Shown here in pieces: positions 17,310 to 25,863 of a stretch of 43,957 bases of DNA (position 1 is its first letter; each line of letters begins with the position of its first letter). Under the pieces are notes generated by a model. The model was given only the letters and a program-made list of their open reading frames with translations. It did no database searches and was not told the DNA's origin. Origin of the DNA: Clostridia bacterium. Lineage in GTDB: Bacteria; Bacillota; Clostridia; Christensenellales; QALW01. A program made the position numbers and the translations under genes. Where the stretch lies: assembly GCA_045603265.1 (NCBI GenBank), contig JAZULU010000119.1:1-43957 (forward strand), read 5' to 3'.

Positions 17310-17386
17310 GTGTGTGTAGCTCAGCTGGATAGAGTGACTGGCTACGAACCAGTAGGTCGGGGGTTCGAGTCCCTCCACGCACACCA
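17310..17386 (+). tRNA. tRNA-Arg (anticodon ACG), CCA encoded
   Basis: Folded by hand. Acceptor GTGTGTG/CACGCAC (one G-T), D arm GCTC-AGCTGGATA-GAGT, anticodon stem ACTGG/CCAGT with loop CTACGAA (ACG at 17344-17346), T arm GGGGG-TTCGAGT-CCCTC, discriminator A, then CCA. Confidence 0.9.
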
Positions 17387-17433
17387 AAGAGCAACGCTCG
17401 AAAATTTTTATCATCCTAAAAGGAGGTGCACTT

Positions 17434-17625
17434 ATGGCAAAATATTGTGAGATTTGTCAGAAGGGCGTAATGTCCGGTAACAAGGTTAGCCACTCAAACC
17501 GTCATACAAGAACTTACTGGGCACCTAATGTACAGAAAGTTAGAGCTATTGTTGATGGCTCACCCAAGCAGATCTGCGTTTGCACTCGTTGCCTTCGTTC
17601 AGGTAAGGTTACAAGAGCATTGTAA
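17434..17625 (+). CDS. rpmB: 50S ribosomal protein L28
   Basis: 63 aa: MAKYCEICQKGVMSGNKVSHSNRHTRTYWAPNVQK... RBS AAAGGAGGTG. Confidence 0.95.
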   Translation: MAKYCEICQKGVMSGNKVSHSNRHTRTYWAPNVQKVRAIVDGSPKQICVCTRCLRSGKVTRAL

Positions 17626-17641
17626 TTTATTTGCACAAATT

Positions 17642-17671
17642 AAAGCTGTTACGTTTGTAACAGCTTTTTTT
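17642..17671. terminator. Bidirectional terminator between convergent rpmB and spoIIIAH
   Basis: 11-bp stem AAAGCTGTTAC/GTAACAGCTTT (17642-17652 / 17657-17667) with a 4-nt loop. T7 follows on the plus strand. The minus strand has only a weaker T-rich tail. Confidence 0.75.
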
Positions 17672-17672
17672 G

Positions 17673-18170
17673 TTATTCTGCTTGAATTACTTTTACATCC
17701 CCTGCCGTATATTCGGTTTCGGTCGTTACGATATCAAGTATCTGCGCAACCTTCGCTTGGGTTAATTCCTGATCTTTAACTACGATGTTTACACTGGTTG
17801 AACCAACAGTTACAATGGCATCTTCAAAACCTTTTGCAACTAAAAGTCCTTCAAGTGTACTTTCAATTTCCATATTAGATATAATTTCCATTTTCATTTG
17901 TTGCGCCTCGGAAATTGTTTCGGTATCTGTTGAAGCATTTGCAATCACACTGTCAAGATAGATCATTTCTTCTTCCCTGTTATTCATTCTTTCGCTTTTA
18001 TAGGTTGTAAAGAAACTTGCTGTTTCAACATCATTTTCGCTAACTGTTCCGCTTTGTACTTCGTCAGGATTTTCACCTTTTGCAAGATACTTCCAATTCA
18101 AAAGACCCGTTACTACCAAAAGCACTACCATTAAAGAAACTACCATTGCTTTTCTGCTGATTTTAAACAT
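17673..18170 (-). CDS. spoIIIAH: Stage III sporulation protein AH
   Basis: 165 aa with an N-terminal TM anchor and an acidic extracytoplasmic domain. It is the last gene of an eight-gene spoIIIA-ordered operon. Confidence 0.8.
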   Translation of the reverse strand: MFKISRKAMVVSLMVVLLVVTGLLNWKYLAKGENPDEVQSGTVSENDVETASFFTTYKSERMNNREEEMIYLDSVIANASTDTETISEAQQMKMEIISNMEIESTLEGLLVAKGFEDAIVTVGSTSVNIVVKDQELTQAKVAQILDIVTTETEYTAGDVKVIQAE

Positions 18171-18182
18171 AATTCATTCTCC

Positions 18183-18710
18183 TTAATTCATTGCAAAAAT
18201 TTCTACTTGTGACGGTGATATTTGCAGCACCGTTTCAACTGCTTTCTGTAATTCCATTTTAACGCTTACGTTTTCCGCACCTTGCGCAACAACTATCACC
18301 CCTTTTATTTTTGGTTCTTTTTCAACCACAACCAATGCGTTTTCATCTTGCGTACCTATAGTTACCGGTGATCTTGATTCAATTACCGTTTCGGACTCCT
18401 TTGTTCCTGATTGAGTTTTTTCCGTTACGGTATTGGTTTGCCTTTCAATGTTATCAGCACAAACCACTTCACTTGAATTTTCGTAAGTTATCATGACACT
18501 TACTCTGCCGACACCATGAACGTTACTTAAAACTTCCTCAAGCCTTTTTTCATCAGTAATTGATTCCGTATTATTAGATATGCCCTCTGCCTGCTCAATA
18601 TTACTTTTTTCAGGAAGAAAATAAACTATCATCGCAACAATCAGAAGAAAAAATATAAGTATTATTTTTTTCTTTTTATCAAGTTTGATATTCAATATGT
18701 TTTTCATCAT
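18183..18710 (-). CDS. spoIIIAG: Stage III sporulation protein AG
   Basis: 175 aa with an N-terminal TM and a C-terminal ring-building-motif-like region (VKGVIVVAQGA). Position in the operon supports the call. Confidence 0.8.
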   Translation of the reverse strand: MMKNILNIKLDKKKKIILIFFLLIVAMIVYFLPEKSNIEQAEGISNNTESITDEKRLEEVLSNVHGVGRVSVMITYENSSEVVCADNIERQTNTVTEKTQSGTKESETVIESRSPVTIGTQDENALVVVEKEPKIKGVIVVAQGAENVSVKMELQKAVETVLQISPSQVEIFAMN

Positions 18711-19144
18711 TCACTCCGAAAAAATATATTATTTTCATCAACGTTATAAACTGTACTAAGCATTTTTTTAACAAAATTACCGGTTAGATTTTCAACCGCA
18801 TCTTCTAAAACCCTTTCTTTTTTTAAATAAACGGTTATGCTTATTATTTTATTATTTTCTTGTTTTACCGAAACAGAAGCATCTTCAAAGCCCTTTATGC
18901 TATTTACTGTGTTTTTCACCGCAGAAGTATAATCTACAAAATATGTATTTTCAGGAATTTCAAGTTTAAAATCTTTTTTAATGAGATTGTTAAACGGACT
19001 GATTAATGCAATACTTAAAATTACGGAAATTCCGAAAATCGCGTATCTTTTCAGGTTACCATTTGGAATAATGCAATCAATTATCAACGTAATAAAACTT
19101 ATTGAAATTATCGTAAAAATATAATCTTTGAGCCAAGCCGTCAA
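18707..19144 (-). CDS. spoIIIAF: Stage III sporulation protein AF
   Basis: Two N-terminal TM helices. Start moved to TTG 19144 (GGGAGGG 8 nt upstream; TTGA overlap with the spoIIIAE stop). The ORF-track start at 19192 would overlap spoIIIAE by 52 nt. Confidence 0.7.
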   Translation of the reverse strand: MTAWLKDYIFTIISISFITLIIDCIIPNGNLKRYAIFGISVILSIALISPFNNLIKKDFKLEIPENTYFVDYTSAVKNTVNSIKGFEDASVSVKQENNKIISITVYLKKERVLEDAVENLTGNFVKKMLSTVYNVDENNIFFRSE

Positions 19145-20223
19145 ATGAGATTCCCTCCCACAGAAACAAGTACGCCAAGATATATAAACCACAAAACACT
19201 TACGCCTAACAAAACCGCTAATACAAGTTTTAAAAAATCACTGACGTTTCTTATCTGCTCAACAACAAAATTTCCTGCAAAAGGAGCAACAACAGCACCA
19301 AAGCAATTAAGGCAAAATCTATATATCCACAAATTCAAAATAGGAATAATAACGATACCTATAATTATTATTATCCCCATTATTCCTGCGGCACTTTTAA
19401 TAGAAAAGGCACTTAAAAGCACCGAAGAAAAACTATCGGAAATATTTGAGCCAATTATTGGAACTGATGAACTTAAAGCGTATTTTATGCTTCTTATTGA
19501 AATGCCATCACTTACACCTGATACCAATCCTTGAACTGTAAGTATTGCCGAAAAAACGGTAAATATTGCACCCATGATCCATGATGACGCATTTTTTAAA
19601 AAATCGGCTATTCCCTTTAATTTATTGTCTGCCAAAATACCGTTTATTGCCGATACGGTCAATCCGCTCAGTATAAGCGGCAGAATAACATTTCTTGAAA
19701 TGTTTATAAGAACTGTTGAAAGCAATACTTGTGATGAGCCCATTGCACTAACTGTTCCTTGCGCACCAAGGGAAGCAAGAAGAGTTATTAAAATTGGCAA
19801 AAGAGCATCGGCAAAAAGGGAAATGTTTTCAAGACTTTCGCCTGCACTTTTTATAAAGGCATTGCATGAACTTATAAGTATAACTGAAAAAATAATTCTC
19901 CCGCCTGCCAAACACGCATTTTCTGTTGACTGATTTATAAGTTTAAGTTTTTCAATAGCAGAAATTATAAGTGTTATTGCAAAAAGTGACGTTATTGACG
20001 GAATAATATTTTTTATTGATATTCCCATTAATTTTATCAGATTATCAAAAAGTGATGTGCCATCAAGAGAAAGTTCATTATTTAATATCGCATCTATTAT
20101 TTCTTTTGGAGTTCCGAAAACAGGGTCAGAAACGGTAGCATCTATCTCCGAAAAGTCTTGAACTGCACTTACATTCACGCTTATAAAAACAAAAATTATT
20201 ATAAAAAACAAAAACTTTTTCAA
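19141..20223 (-). CDS. spoIIIAE: Stage III sporulation protein AE
   Basis: 360 aa with a signal peptide (FVFISVNVSA) followed by a polytopic membrane domain. Position in the operon supports the call. Confidence 0.85.
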   Translation of the reverse strand: MKKFLFFIIIFVFISVNVSAVQDFSEIDATVSDPVFGTPKEIIDAILNNELSLDGTSLFDNLIKLMGISIKNIIPSITSLFAITLIISAIEKLKLINQSTENACLAGGRIIFSVILISSCNAFIKSAGESLENISLFADALLPILITLLASLGAQGTVSAMGSSQVLLSTVLINISRNVILPLILSGLTVSAINGILADNKLKGIADFLKNASSWIMGAIFTVFSAILTVQGLVSGVSDGISIRSIKYALSSSVPIIGSNISDSFSSVLLSAFSIKSAAGIMGIIIIIGIVIIPILNLWIYRFCLNCFGAVVAPFAGNFVVEQIRNVSDFLKLVLAVLLGVSVLWFIYLGVLVSVGGNLI

Positions 20224-20609
20224 TTTAATTCAGCCGCCATTTTAAATAACGTATTTATGTAGGGCAAACAAATAACAAGCACCAGTATTTTAATTGCCGT
20301 TTCCATTTTATCAGCAATGGAATTTTCACCTGCATCACGGCATATCTGTGTTCCCCACTGTCCTAAAAATGACATGAGCGCAATTTTTACCATTGATTTA
20401 AGCCATTGGTTGTTCAATTTTCCAAATTCTTTAATTGATGAGATAAAAGAAACAATTTCACCCATATCAGTAATTACAAAAAGGATTATTATTGATCCTG
20501 CACAGATGGACGCCAAAAGTGCGTACTCGGGTGCATATTTTTTTATGGTGAGAATTATAAATACTGCACCGATTCCGAACAATATTATTAGAAAAATTTT
20601 ATCCATCAA
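20220..20609 (-). CDS. spoIIIAD: Stage III sporulation protein AD
   Basis: 129-aa membrane protein. Position in the operon, with a 4-nt overlap to spoIIIAE. Confidence 0.8.
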   Translation of the reverse strand: MMDKIFLIILFGIGAVFIILTIKKYAPEYALLASICAGSIIILFVITDMGEIVSFISSIKEFGKLNNQWLKSMVKIALMSFLGQWGTQICRDAGENSIADKMETAIKILVLVICLPYINTLFKMAAELN

Positions 20610-20803
20610 TACAAATCAAAAACGCTTTTTATTTCAGAAAAGAAGTCACTTACCATATCAAGCGCCATAAGTAAAACGATTATTAGTCCTGCAATGGTCG
20701 TTACCATTGCGATATCATCCCTTCCCCATTTTGTAAGAAGTTGGCTTATAAGTGTAACTAAAATACCTATTGCGGCAATTTTAAAAATTATATCAATACT
20801 CAT
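20606..20803 (-). CDS. spoIIIAC: Stage III sporulation protein AC
   Basis: 65 aa (MSIDIIFKIAAIGILVTLISQLL...) with two TM helices. Start set at ATG 20803 (ATGA overlap with the spoIIIAB stop). The 92-aa ORF-track version extends into spoIIIAB. Confidence 0.75.
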   Translation of the reverse strand: MSIDIIFKIAAIGILVTLISQLLTKWGRDDIAMVTTIAGLIIVLLMALDMVSDFFSEIKSVFDLY

Positions 20804-21282
20804 ATAACAAGCACTGCAACAAACAATCCTGAAATCAGCCCTATTTTTGGTGCTGTTTTTATTTTGCCGCAGTGTTCCTCCCAAAATTCTTTTTTACATC
20901 GGTTAAGTTCATTAATTGATTGATCGATAATATCGGAAATTACTTTTGTATCACTTGATCTCTGAGCAAGCATTAATGCTTGGGAAACTAAATTTACGCA
21001 CTTATCTTCAAGTACATTTTTTCCCTTAAAATTTTTTATTTCACAAGTGTTTCTTTTTATTAAAAGAAATTCAAGAAGATTTTCTACACCTGATATATCG
21101 TTTCTTTCAAAAAACTCATACATATTCATTCCGGAAAAAGCAACAGCACTTTTAAAATTGTTTAAAAACAAAAGATAATCATCTATTATTTTCATGTTAT
21201 CAAGATAGTTTTCTGAAATGTTTTTGCCAAGATACCAAGTTCCGATACAAATAACTATTCCGCCCATCAACTTCAACAACAT
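20800..21282 (-). CDS. spoIIIAB: Stage III sporulation protein AB
   Basis: 160 aa with an N-terminal TM, a helical cytoplasmic domain and a C-terminal TM. Position in the operon supports the call. Confidence 0.8.
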   Translation of the reverse strand: MLLKLMGGIVICIGTWYLGKNISENYLDNMKIIDDYLLFLNNFKSAVAFSGMNMYEFFERNDISGVENLLEFLLIKRNTCEIKNFKGKNVLEDKCVNLVSQALMLAQRSSDTKVISDIIDQSINELNRCKKEFWEEHCGKIKTAPKIGLISGLFVAVLVI

Positions 21283-22169
21283 ATTTTAAAATCCTTCTTT
21301 TCTTTATCAAAAACACCCTCAACAGTACCTAATCCAAATCGTTTACTTAAAAAAACATATCGGTCAAAAATATCAAAAAGATCTAAAACATCATTAATAT
21401 TTCTGCCGTGAGCCGTTGCAACAAGTTTTATTCCCTTTGATTTTGCTTTTTTTATTGATAAAATATCCTCATCTTTAAATAGTTCATCGGAAACAACAAC
21501 ATCGGGATGCATGGCGCGGATCATGTTTTCTATGGCAGTTTTTTTACTCATTCCGAGATAAATATCGGTGCGTTTACCCACATCAAGAGTAGCATATCCG
21601 TTACATACGGCGGCTATTTCATCACGTTCATCTATTAAAGCAACGTTGTTGCCATCAAAAGACAACAGCCGTGTAACATCCCTTAAAAGCGTTGTTTTTC
21701 CGCACCCCGGAGGCGAAACGATAAGTGTGTTCATCAGTTCATTGTTTTCGTAAAGATATTTATATATTTTATTGGCGCACCCCTTTTTTTCATGCATTAT
21801 TCTTACACAAAAGGAAGATACCTTTTCAATATGCTTGATTTCTTCATCAACAGAAGCAAATTTACCCGAAAAGCCTACACGATTTCCATTAACAGTTATA
21901 TAGCCTTCCTTTTGATTTTTTATTGTACTGTACGGTGAGCCGTCACAAAGATCTCGCCACATTTTTTCTGCATCAGAATCGGTAAAAATATAACCATCAC
22001 GCTTTTTTAAACCAAGTTCATCAACGGCATATTCCTCTGTACCCATGTAAAAATATACAGGCTGATTTACACGAAGCCTAATTTCCGATAAATTCAGTAA
22101 TTCGCTTTTTGTCATTTTATCTAAAGCAAAACTTACTTTTGACGGAAGAATTTTTTTAAGCTTTTCCAT
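21273..22169 (-). CDS. spoIIIAA: Stage III sporulation protein AA (AAA+/secretion-type ATPase)
   Basis: Walker A SPPGCGKTTLLRD and Walker B VVVSDE. Start set at ATG 22169 (MEKLKKILP; AGGAGGG RBS). The ORF-track start at 22268 runs through a terminator and into rnpB. Confidence 0.85.
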   Translation of the reverse strand: MEKLKKILPSKVSFALDKMTKSELLNLSEIRLRVNQPVYFYMGTEEYAVDELGLKKRDGYIFTDSDAEKMWRDLCDGSPYSTIKNQKEGYITVNGNRVGFSGKFASVDEEIKHIEKVSSFCVRIMHEKKGCANKIYKYLYENNELMNTLIVSPPGCGKTTLLRDVTRLLSFDGNNVALIDERDEIAAVCNGYATLDVGKRTDIYLGMSKKTAIENMIRAMHPDVVVSDELFKDEDILSIKKAKSKGIKLVATAHGRNINDVLDLFDIFDRYVFLSKRFGLGTVEGVFDKEKKDFKICC

Positions 22170-22210
22170 AGTTGTCCCTCCTTGGAAAAAGCATATGCAG
22201 AATTTTTTCC

Positions 22211-22248
22211 AAAAATAACAAACGAGAGATTTTTTAAATCTCTCGTTT
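22211..22248 (-). terminator. Rho-independent terminator after rnpB
   Basis: 11-bp stem AAACGAGAGAT/ATCTCTCGTTT (22220-22230 / 22238-22248). On the minus strand it is followed by GTTATTTTT. Confidence 0.65.
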
Positions 22249-22262
22249 ATATTTAAAAATCT

Positions 22263-22597
22263 GAGCAAGCCTATAAGCCGAGTTCTGTAGTACCAAAGGT
22301 ACTGATGACTATCTATCTATTCTTTCCGTTGCCGAAAAGCTTAAGCGATTACATGGGAGCCGGCGAGCAACCGTTCACGCTCCACTATCAATCTTGCTTC
22401 GGATGGGGTTTACAGGAGTATTAAGTTGCCATAATACCCGGTGAGCTCTTACCTCGCCTTTCCACCCTTACCGCTTACGCGGCGGTATATCTCTGTTGCA
22501 CTATCCTTAGAGTCGCCTCCACCGGACGTTATCCGGCATCCTGCTCTTTGAAGCTCGGACTTTCCTCGTATTTACACCGCAGTCATCCGGCTTACTC
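22263..22597 (-). ncRNA. rnpB: RNase P RNA (type A-like)
   Basis: Minus strand carries the universal P4 halves GAGGAAAGTCCGAGC (22567-22553) and ACAGAACTCGGCTTAT (22288-22273). P1 pairing is GAGTAAGCC (5' end, 22597-22589) with GGCTTGCTC (3' end, 22271-22263). The internal GGTAAGAGCTCACC and GTAAACCCCATCCGAAGCAAG resemble E. coli-type A RNA. This is a GC-rich island with no credible ORF. Confidence 0.9.
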
Positions 22598-22604
22598 AAA
22601 AATT

Positions 22605-23303
22605 TTATTCAACATAAACTATTCTTGCACAGTTTTCACATTCGCAATAACCGTTCTTCGTAGCATTGGAAACGGTAAATGCAGGTAATTCCATGTGACA
22701 ACCACCACAACGTTTGTTTGTTAAAGGTGCTGTAGGAACGATCTTGTTCTTTTTAAGTTTTTGATATTTTTCAAGAAGAACTTTATCAACACCTGCTTCA
22801 ATTTTATCTCTTTCAGCCATTAACGCATTGATTTCAGGCTTATTTTCGGCAACAAGTTTCTCATATCCTGCTTTATTTACGTTAAATTCTTCTTTTGCCT
22901 TATTGGCTATAACTGCATATTCGTTGATTTTTTTCTCGTTTTCATCAACAGAAGCATTGATACCGTTAATTTTTTCTTCGCACTTTTTAAGCGCCGACAT
23001 AAGTTTATCGATCTCATTAACAAGTTTTCCGATTGCTTCCTGATTTTCAGGAGCATCTTTTGCACGGTCAGTTTCAGCAAGAGATAAAAGTTTATCAACT
23101 TCACCTGTTAAAGTTTCAACTTCTTTTTCAGCCTGATCACGAGCAGCAATAAGTTTTTTTCTTTCTTCAACTGCAAGTTCGTAACGCTGTTTCATAGCGT
23201 TGGCAGTTTTTCTTTCTTTACTGCCTTTTACTTTTTTTTCAGCCTCATCAACTTTAAGATCGGCTTCCTGGTACTCAAGTAATTTTTTAATTGCATCTGT
23301 CAT
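22605..23303 (-). CDS. COG1579-type coiled-coil protein with C-terminal C4 zinc ribbon
   Basis: 232 aa. A long K/E-rich coiled coil is followed by CGGCHMELP...CECENC. It shows the typical NIF3 / zinc-ribbon / rnpB synteny. Confidence 0.8.
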   Translation of the reverse strand: MTDAIKKLLEYQEADLKVDEAEKKVKGSKERKTANAMKQRYELAVEERKKLIAARDQAEKEVETLTGEVDKLLSLAETDRAKDAPENQEAIGKLVNEIDKLMSALKKCEEKINGINASVDENEKKINEYAVIANKAKEEFNVNKAGYEKLVAENKPEINALMAERDKIEAGVDKVLLEKYQKLKKNKIVPTAPLTNKRCGGCHMELPAFTVSNATKNGYCECENCARIVYVE

Positions 23304-23314
23304 AATATATCCTC

Positions 23315-24103
23315 CTAATTCTCAAACGGATTAGTGTTTGTTTCTGATCTTAATACTTCAACACCATATTTTAGCACATTTAACTGTTTTTGTAAATAGC
23401 ACGAAAGCCCTTCTATCATATGGACCTCGGTATAATAGTGTCCCGCAGCGATAAATGAAATATTTTGGCGTTTCATTTCAAGGGCGGTGTGATATTTTAT
23501 TTCTCCCGTCAAGAACACGTCCGCACACTGTTCAAAGGCAAATTCTTCCCCTGCTCCGGTGCAAAGTGCTATTGTTTTGTAGTTTTTATCCAAAAGATAA
23601 TAATCAAGTTGTGTTGCCCCCGTCTTTTCCTTTATAAAATTCAAAATTTCGGCTTTTGAAAATTCGTGTGGTAATTCACCGATTCTTGCACAAGCAACTT
23701 TTTCGCCGCAAATATCCGTTTCTGAAACAAGTGATACGTTATTGAGCATAAGTTTTTCGCACAAAATATCGTTTACTCCACCAACTGCTATATCAAGGCT
23801 TGTATGAGCACAGTAGAGAGCAATATTGTTTTTATAAAGAATTGATAATACTTCTCCCTCATATGTATCGGTACTTAAATTTTTTACCGCCTTAAAAATA
23901 AGAGGGTGATGTGAAATTATCATCTGACAATTTTTTTCTTTTGCTTCAAGGGCAACTTCTTTTGTAATATCAAGAGTTATAAGAATTTTTTCTACCTGAC
24001 TGTTTCTATCCCCTGCAAGAAGTCCACAATTATCCCATTCATAGGCATACTCCGGCTTTGCAAGTTTTTCAATTTCAGTTATTATATCATTTACCGAAAT
24101 CAT
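23315..24103 (-). CDS. Nif3-like dinuclear metal centre protein (YqfO family)
   Basis: 262 aa with ISHHPLIF and AGHYYTE motifs. Synteny with trmK and sigA as in B. subtilis yqfN-yqfO. Confidence 0.85.
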   Translation of the reverse strand: MISVNDIITEIEKLAKPEYAYEWDNCGLLAGDRNSQVEKILITLDITKEVALEAKEKNCQMIISHHPLIFKAVKNLSTDTYEGEVLSILYKNNIALYCAHTSLDIAVGGVNDILCEKLMLNNVSLVSETDICGEKVACARIGELPHEFSKAEILNFIKEKTGATQLDYYLLDKNYKTIALCTGAGEEFAFEQCADVFLTGEIKYHTALEMKRQNISFIAAGHYYTEVHMIEGLSCYLQKQLNVLKYGVEVLRSETNTNPFEN

Positions 24104-24746
24104 TTTTTATAACTCCTTCAATAGTTTCTATCATGTTTGTAAGTTCTTTAAATCGAGTGCTATCACTTGTATTTTTCGCGCCTAATGCAGCCTTTTTTAA
24201 GACTGAAATTTTATGTTCTAAAAATTCAAGGGCGCATTTATCTTTTTTTAGCCTGTCCATTGGCGGCAACAAATAATTAAAAGGCTCATCTTTACCGGGC
24301 GAAGCAAGAATTACTTCATAAAACCTGCCACCTTCCTGAGCAATTACCACCTGTTCAATATAAAATCCCAATTCAAATAAGCCTGAGAATAAAATATCGG
24401 AATCTTTCATTGGTTGAAGCACCAATTTTGTTTTTGCAAAGGGATGCGTAATAATATTTTTTATCACTTCACCGCCCATGCCTGCAACAATGGCGGCATC
24501 AGGTCTATCATTTAGCGATGAAAAACCGTCACCAACAAAAAAAGAAACATTTTTAACATTCTCTTTTTTCACCAGTTTTTTGGCTTTATTTAACGATGGC
24601 TCGGAAATATCTGTTGCAAAAACTTTTTCGGCAAGTTGATTTTTTATTAAAAAAACACTTAACTTGCCATGATCGCAACCAATATCGGCAACGGTTTTAT
24701 TTTTTCCAAGAAGTTTTATTATTGCATCAAAACGTGGCGTTAGCAT
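24087..24746 (-). CDS. trmK: tRNA (adenine22-N1)-methyltransferase
   Basis: 219 aa with SAM motif VADIGCDHGKL and GMGG. Immediately downstream of sigA (TAATG overlap). Confidence 0.8.
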   Translation of the reverse strand: MLTPRFDAIIKLLGKNKTVADIGCDHGKLSVFLIKNQLAEKVFATDISEPSLNKAKKLVKKENVKNVSFFVGDGFSSLNDRPDAAIVAGMGGEVIKNIITHPFAKTKLVLQPMKDSDILFSGLFELGFYIEQVVIAQEGGRFYEVILASPGKDEPFNYLLPPMDRLKKDKCALEFLEHKISVLKKAALGAKNTSDSTRFKELTNMIETIEGVIKNDFGK

Positions 24747-25852
24747 TATTCAAGATAATCCTTTAATTTTCTGCTTCTTGATGGATGACGAAGTTTTCTT
24801 AATGCCTTTGCTTCGATCTGACGGATACGTTCACGGGTAACGTTAAATTCTTTACCAACTTCTTCAAGAGTACGCGCTCTGCCATCATCAATACCAAAGC
24901 GCAAACGAAGAACTTTCTCTTCACGGGGTGTAAGCGTACTTAATACCTGCATCAACTGCTCCTTTAAAAGGGTTGCGGCGGCAGCATCTGACGGAAGCGG
25001 AATATCATCATCAGGAATAAAGTCACCTAAGTGGCTGTCTTCCTCCTCACCTATAGGTGTTTCCAAAGAAACGGGATCTTGAGCGATTTTGATGATCTCG
25101 CGAACACGTTCAACAGAGACTTCCATTGCCTCAGCAATTTCTTCAACCTGAGGATCTCTGCCTAAAGTCTGGACAAGTTGACGCTTTACACGGGAAAGTT
25201 TATGTATCGTTTCAACCATATGAACGGGAATTCTGATAGTACGCGCCTGATCTGCAATGGCGCGTGTAATTGCCTGACGGATCCACCATGTTGCATAGGT
25301 TGAAAATTTATATCCTTTTGTATAGTCAAATTTTTCAACTGCTTTAATAAGACCTAAGTTGCCTTCCTGAATAAGATCAAGGAAAAGCATACCGCGACCA
25401 ACGTAGCGTTTTGCAATGCTTACAACAAGTCTAAGGTTTGCTTCAGCAAGTTTTTCTCTTGCCTTTTCATCACCGTTTTCGACACGACGGGCAATTTCAA
25501 TTTCCTCATCCGCAGAAAGCAACGGAACTTTACCCATTTCCTTAAGATACATTCTAACGGGATCATCTACACTGACGCTATCGTTAAGAATTATCATATG
25601 CGATTCTGTTTCCGGAAGAGATTCCATAATATTCTCTAAATCAGGGTCAACGTCACTTTGGATCTTGACACCCATGTTCTCAAAAAGATCAAATATCTTT
25701 TCGATCTGATCAACGTCATAATCAACGCCATCAAGAAGATCAATAACTTCCGTATAAGTAAGAGATTTTTTTATACTTCCGTCCTTAACTTTTTTCTTGA
25801 TCTCACCCATTTTTTCAATAAGTTGATCACTAAATTCTATATTTTCGCTCAT
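24746..25852 (-). CDS. sigA: Primary RNA polymerase sigma factor (sigma-70 family)
   Basis: Region 2 [27 protein letters not shown] and region 4.2 [31 protein letters not shown] prefer ATG 25852 (MSENIEF), which is 7 nt from AGGAGG. The ORF-track ATG at 25858 abuts the RBS. Confidence 0.95.
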   Translation of the reverse strand: MSENIEFSDQLIEKMGEIKKKVKDGSIKKSLTYTEVIDLLDGVDYDVDQIEKIFDLFENMGVKIQSDVDPDLENIMESLPETESHMIILNDSVSVDDPVRMYLKEMGKVPLLSADEEIEIARRVENGDEKAREKLAEANLRLVVSIAKRYVGRGMLFLDLIQEGNLGLIKAVEKFDYTKGYKFSTYATWWIRQAITRAIADQARTIRIPVHMVETIHKLSRVKRQLVQTLGRDPQVEEIAEAMEVSVERVREIIKIAQDPVSLETPIGEEEDSHLGDFIPDDDIPLPSDAAAATLLKEQLMQVLSTLTPREEKVLRLRFGIDDGRARTLEEVGKEFNVTRERIRQIEAKALRKLRHPSRSRKLKDYLE

Positions 25853-25863
25853 AAACATTCCTC

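Noticed and set aside
17310-17386. tRNA-Arg as an integration hotspot for a genomic island.
   Set aside because: There is no integrase, no direct repeat of the tRNA 3' end, and no atypical genes nearby. The neighbours are rpmB and the spoIIIA operon.
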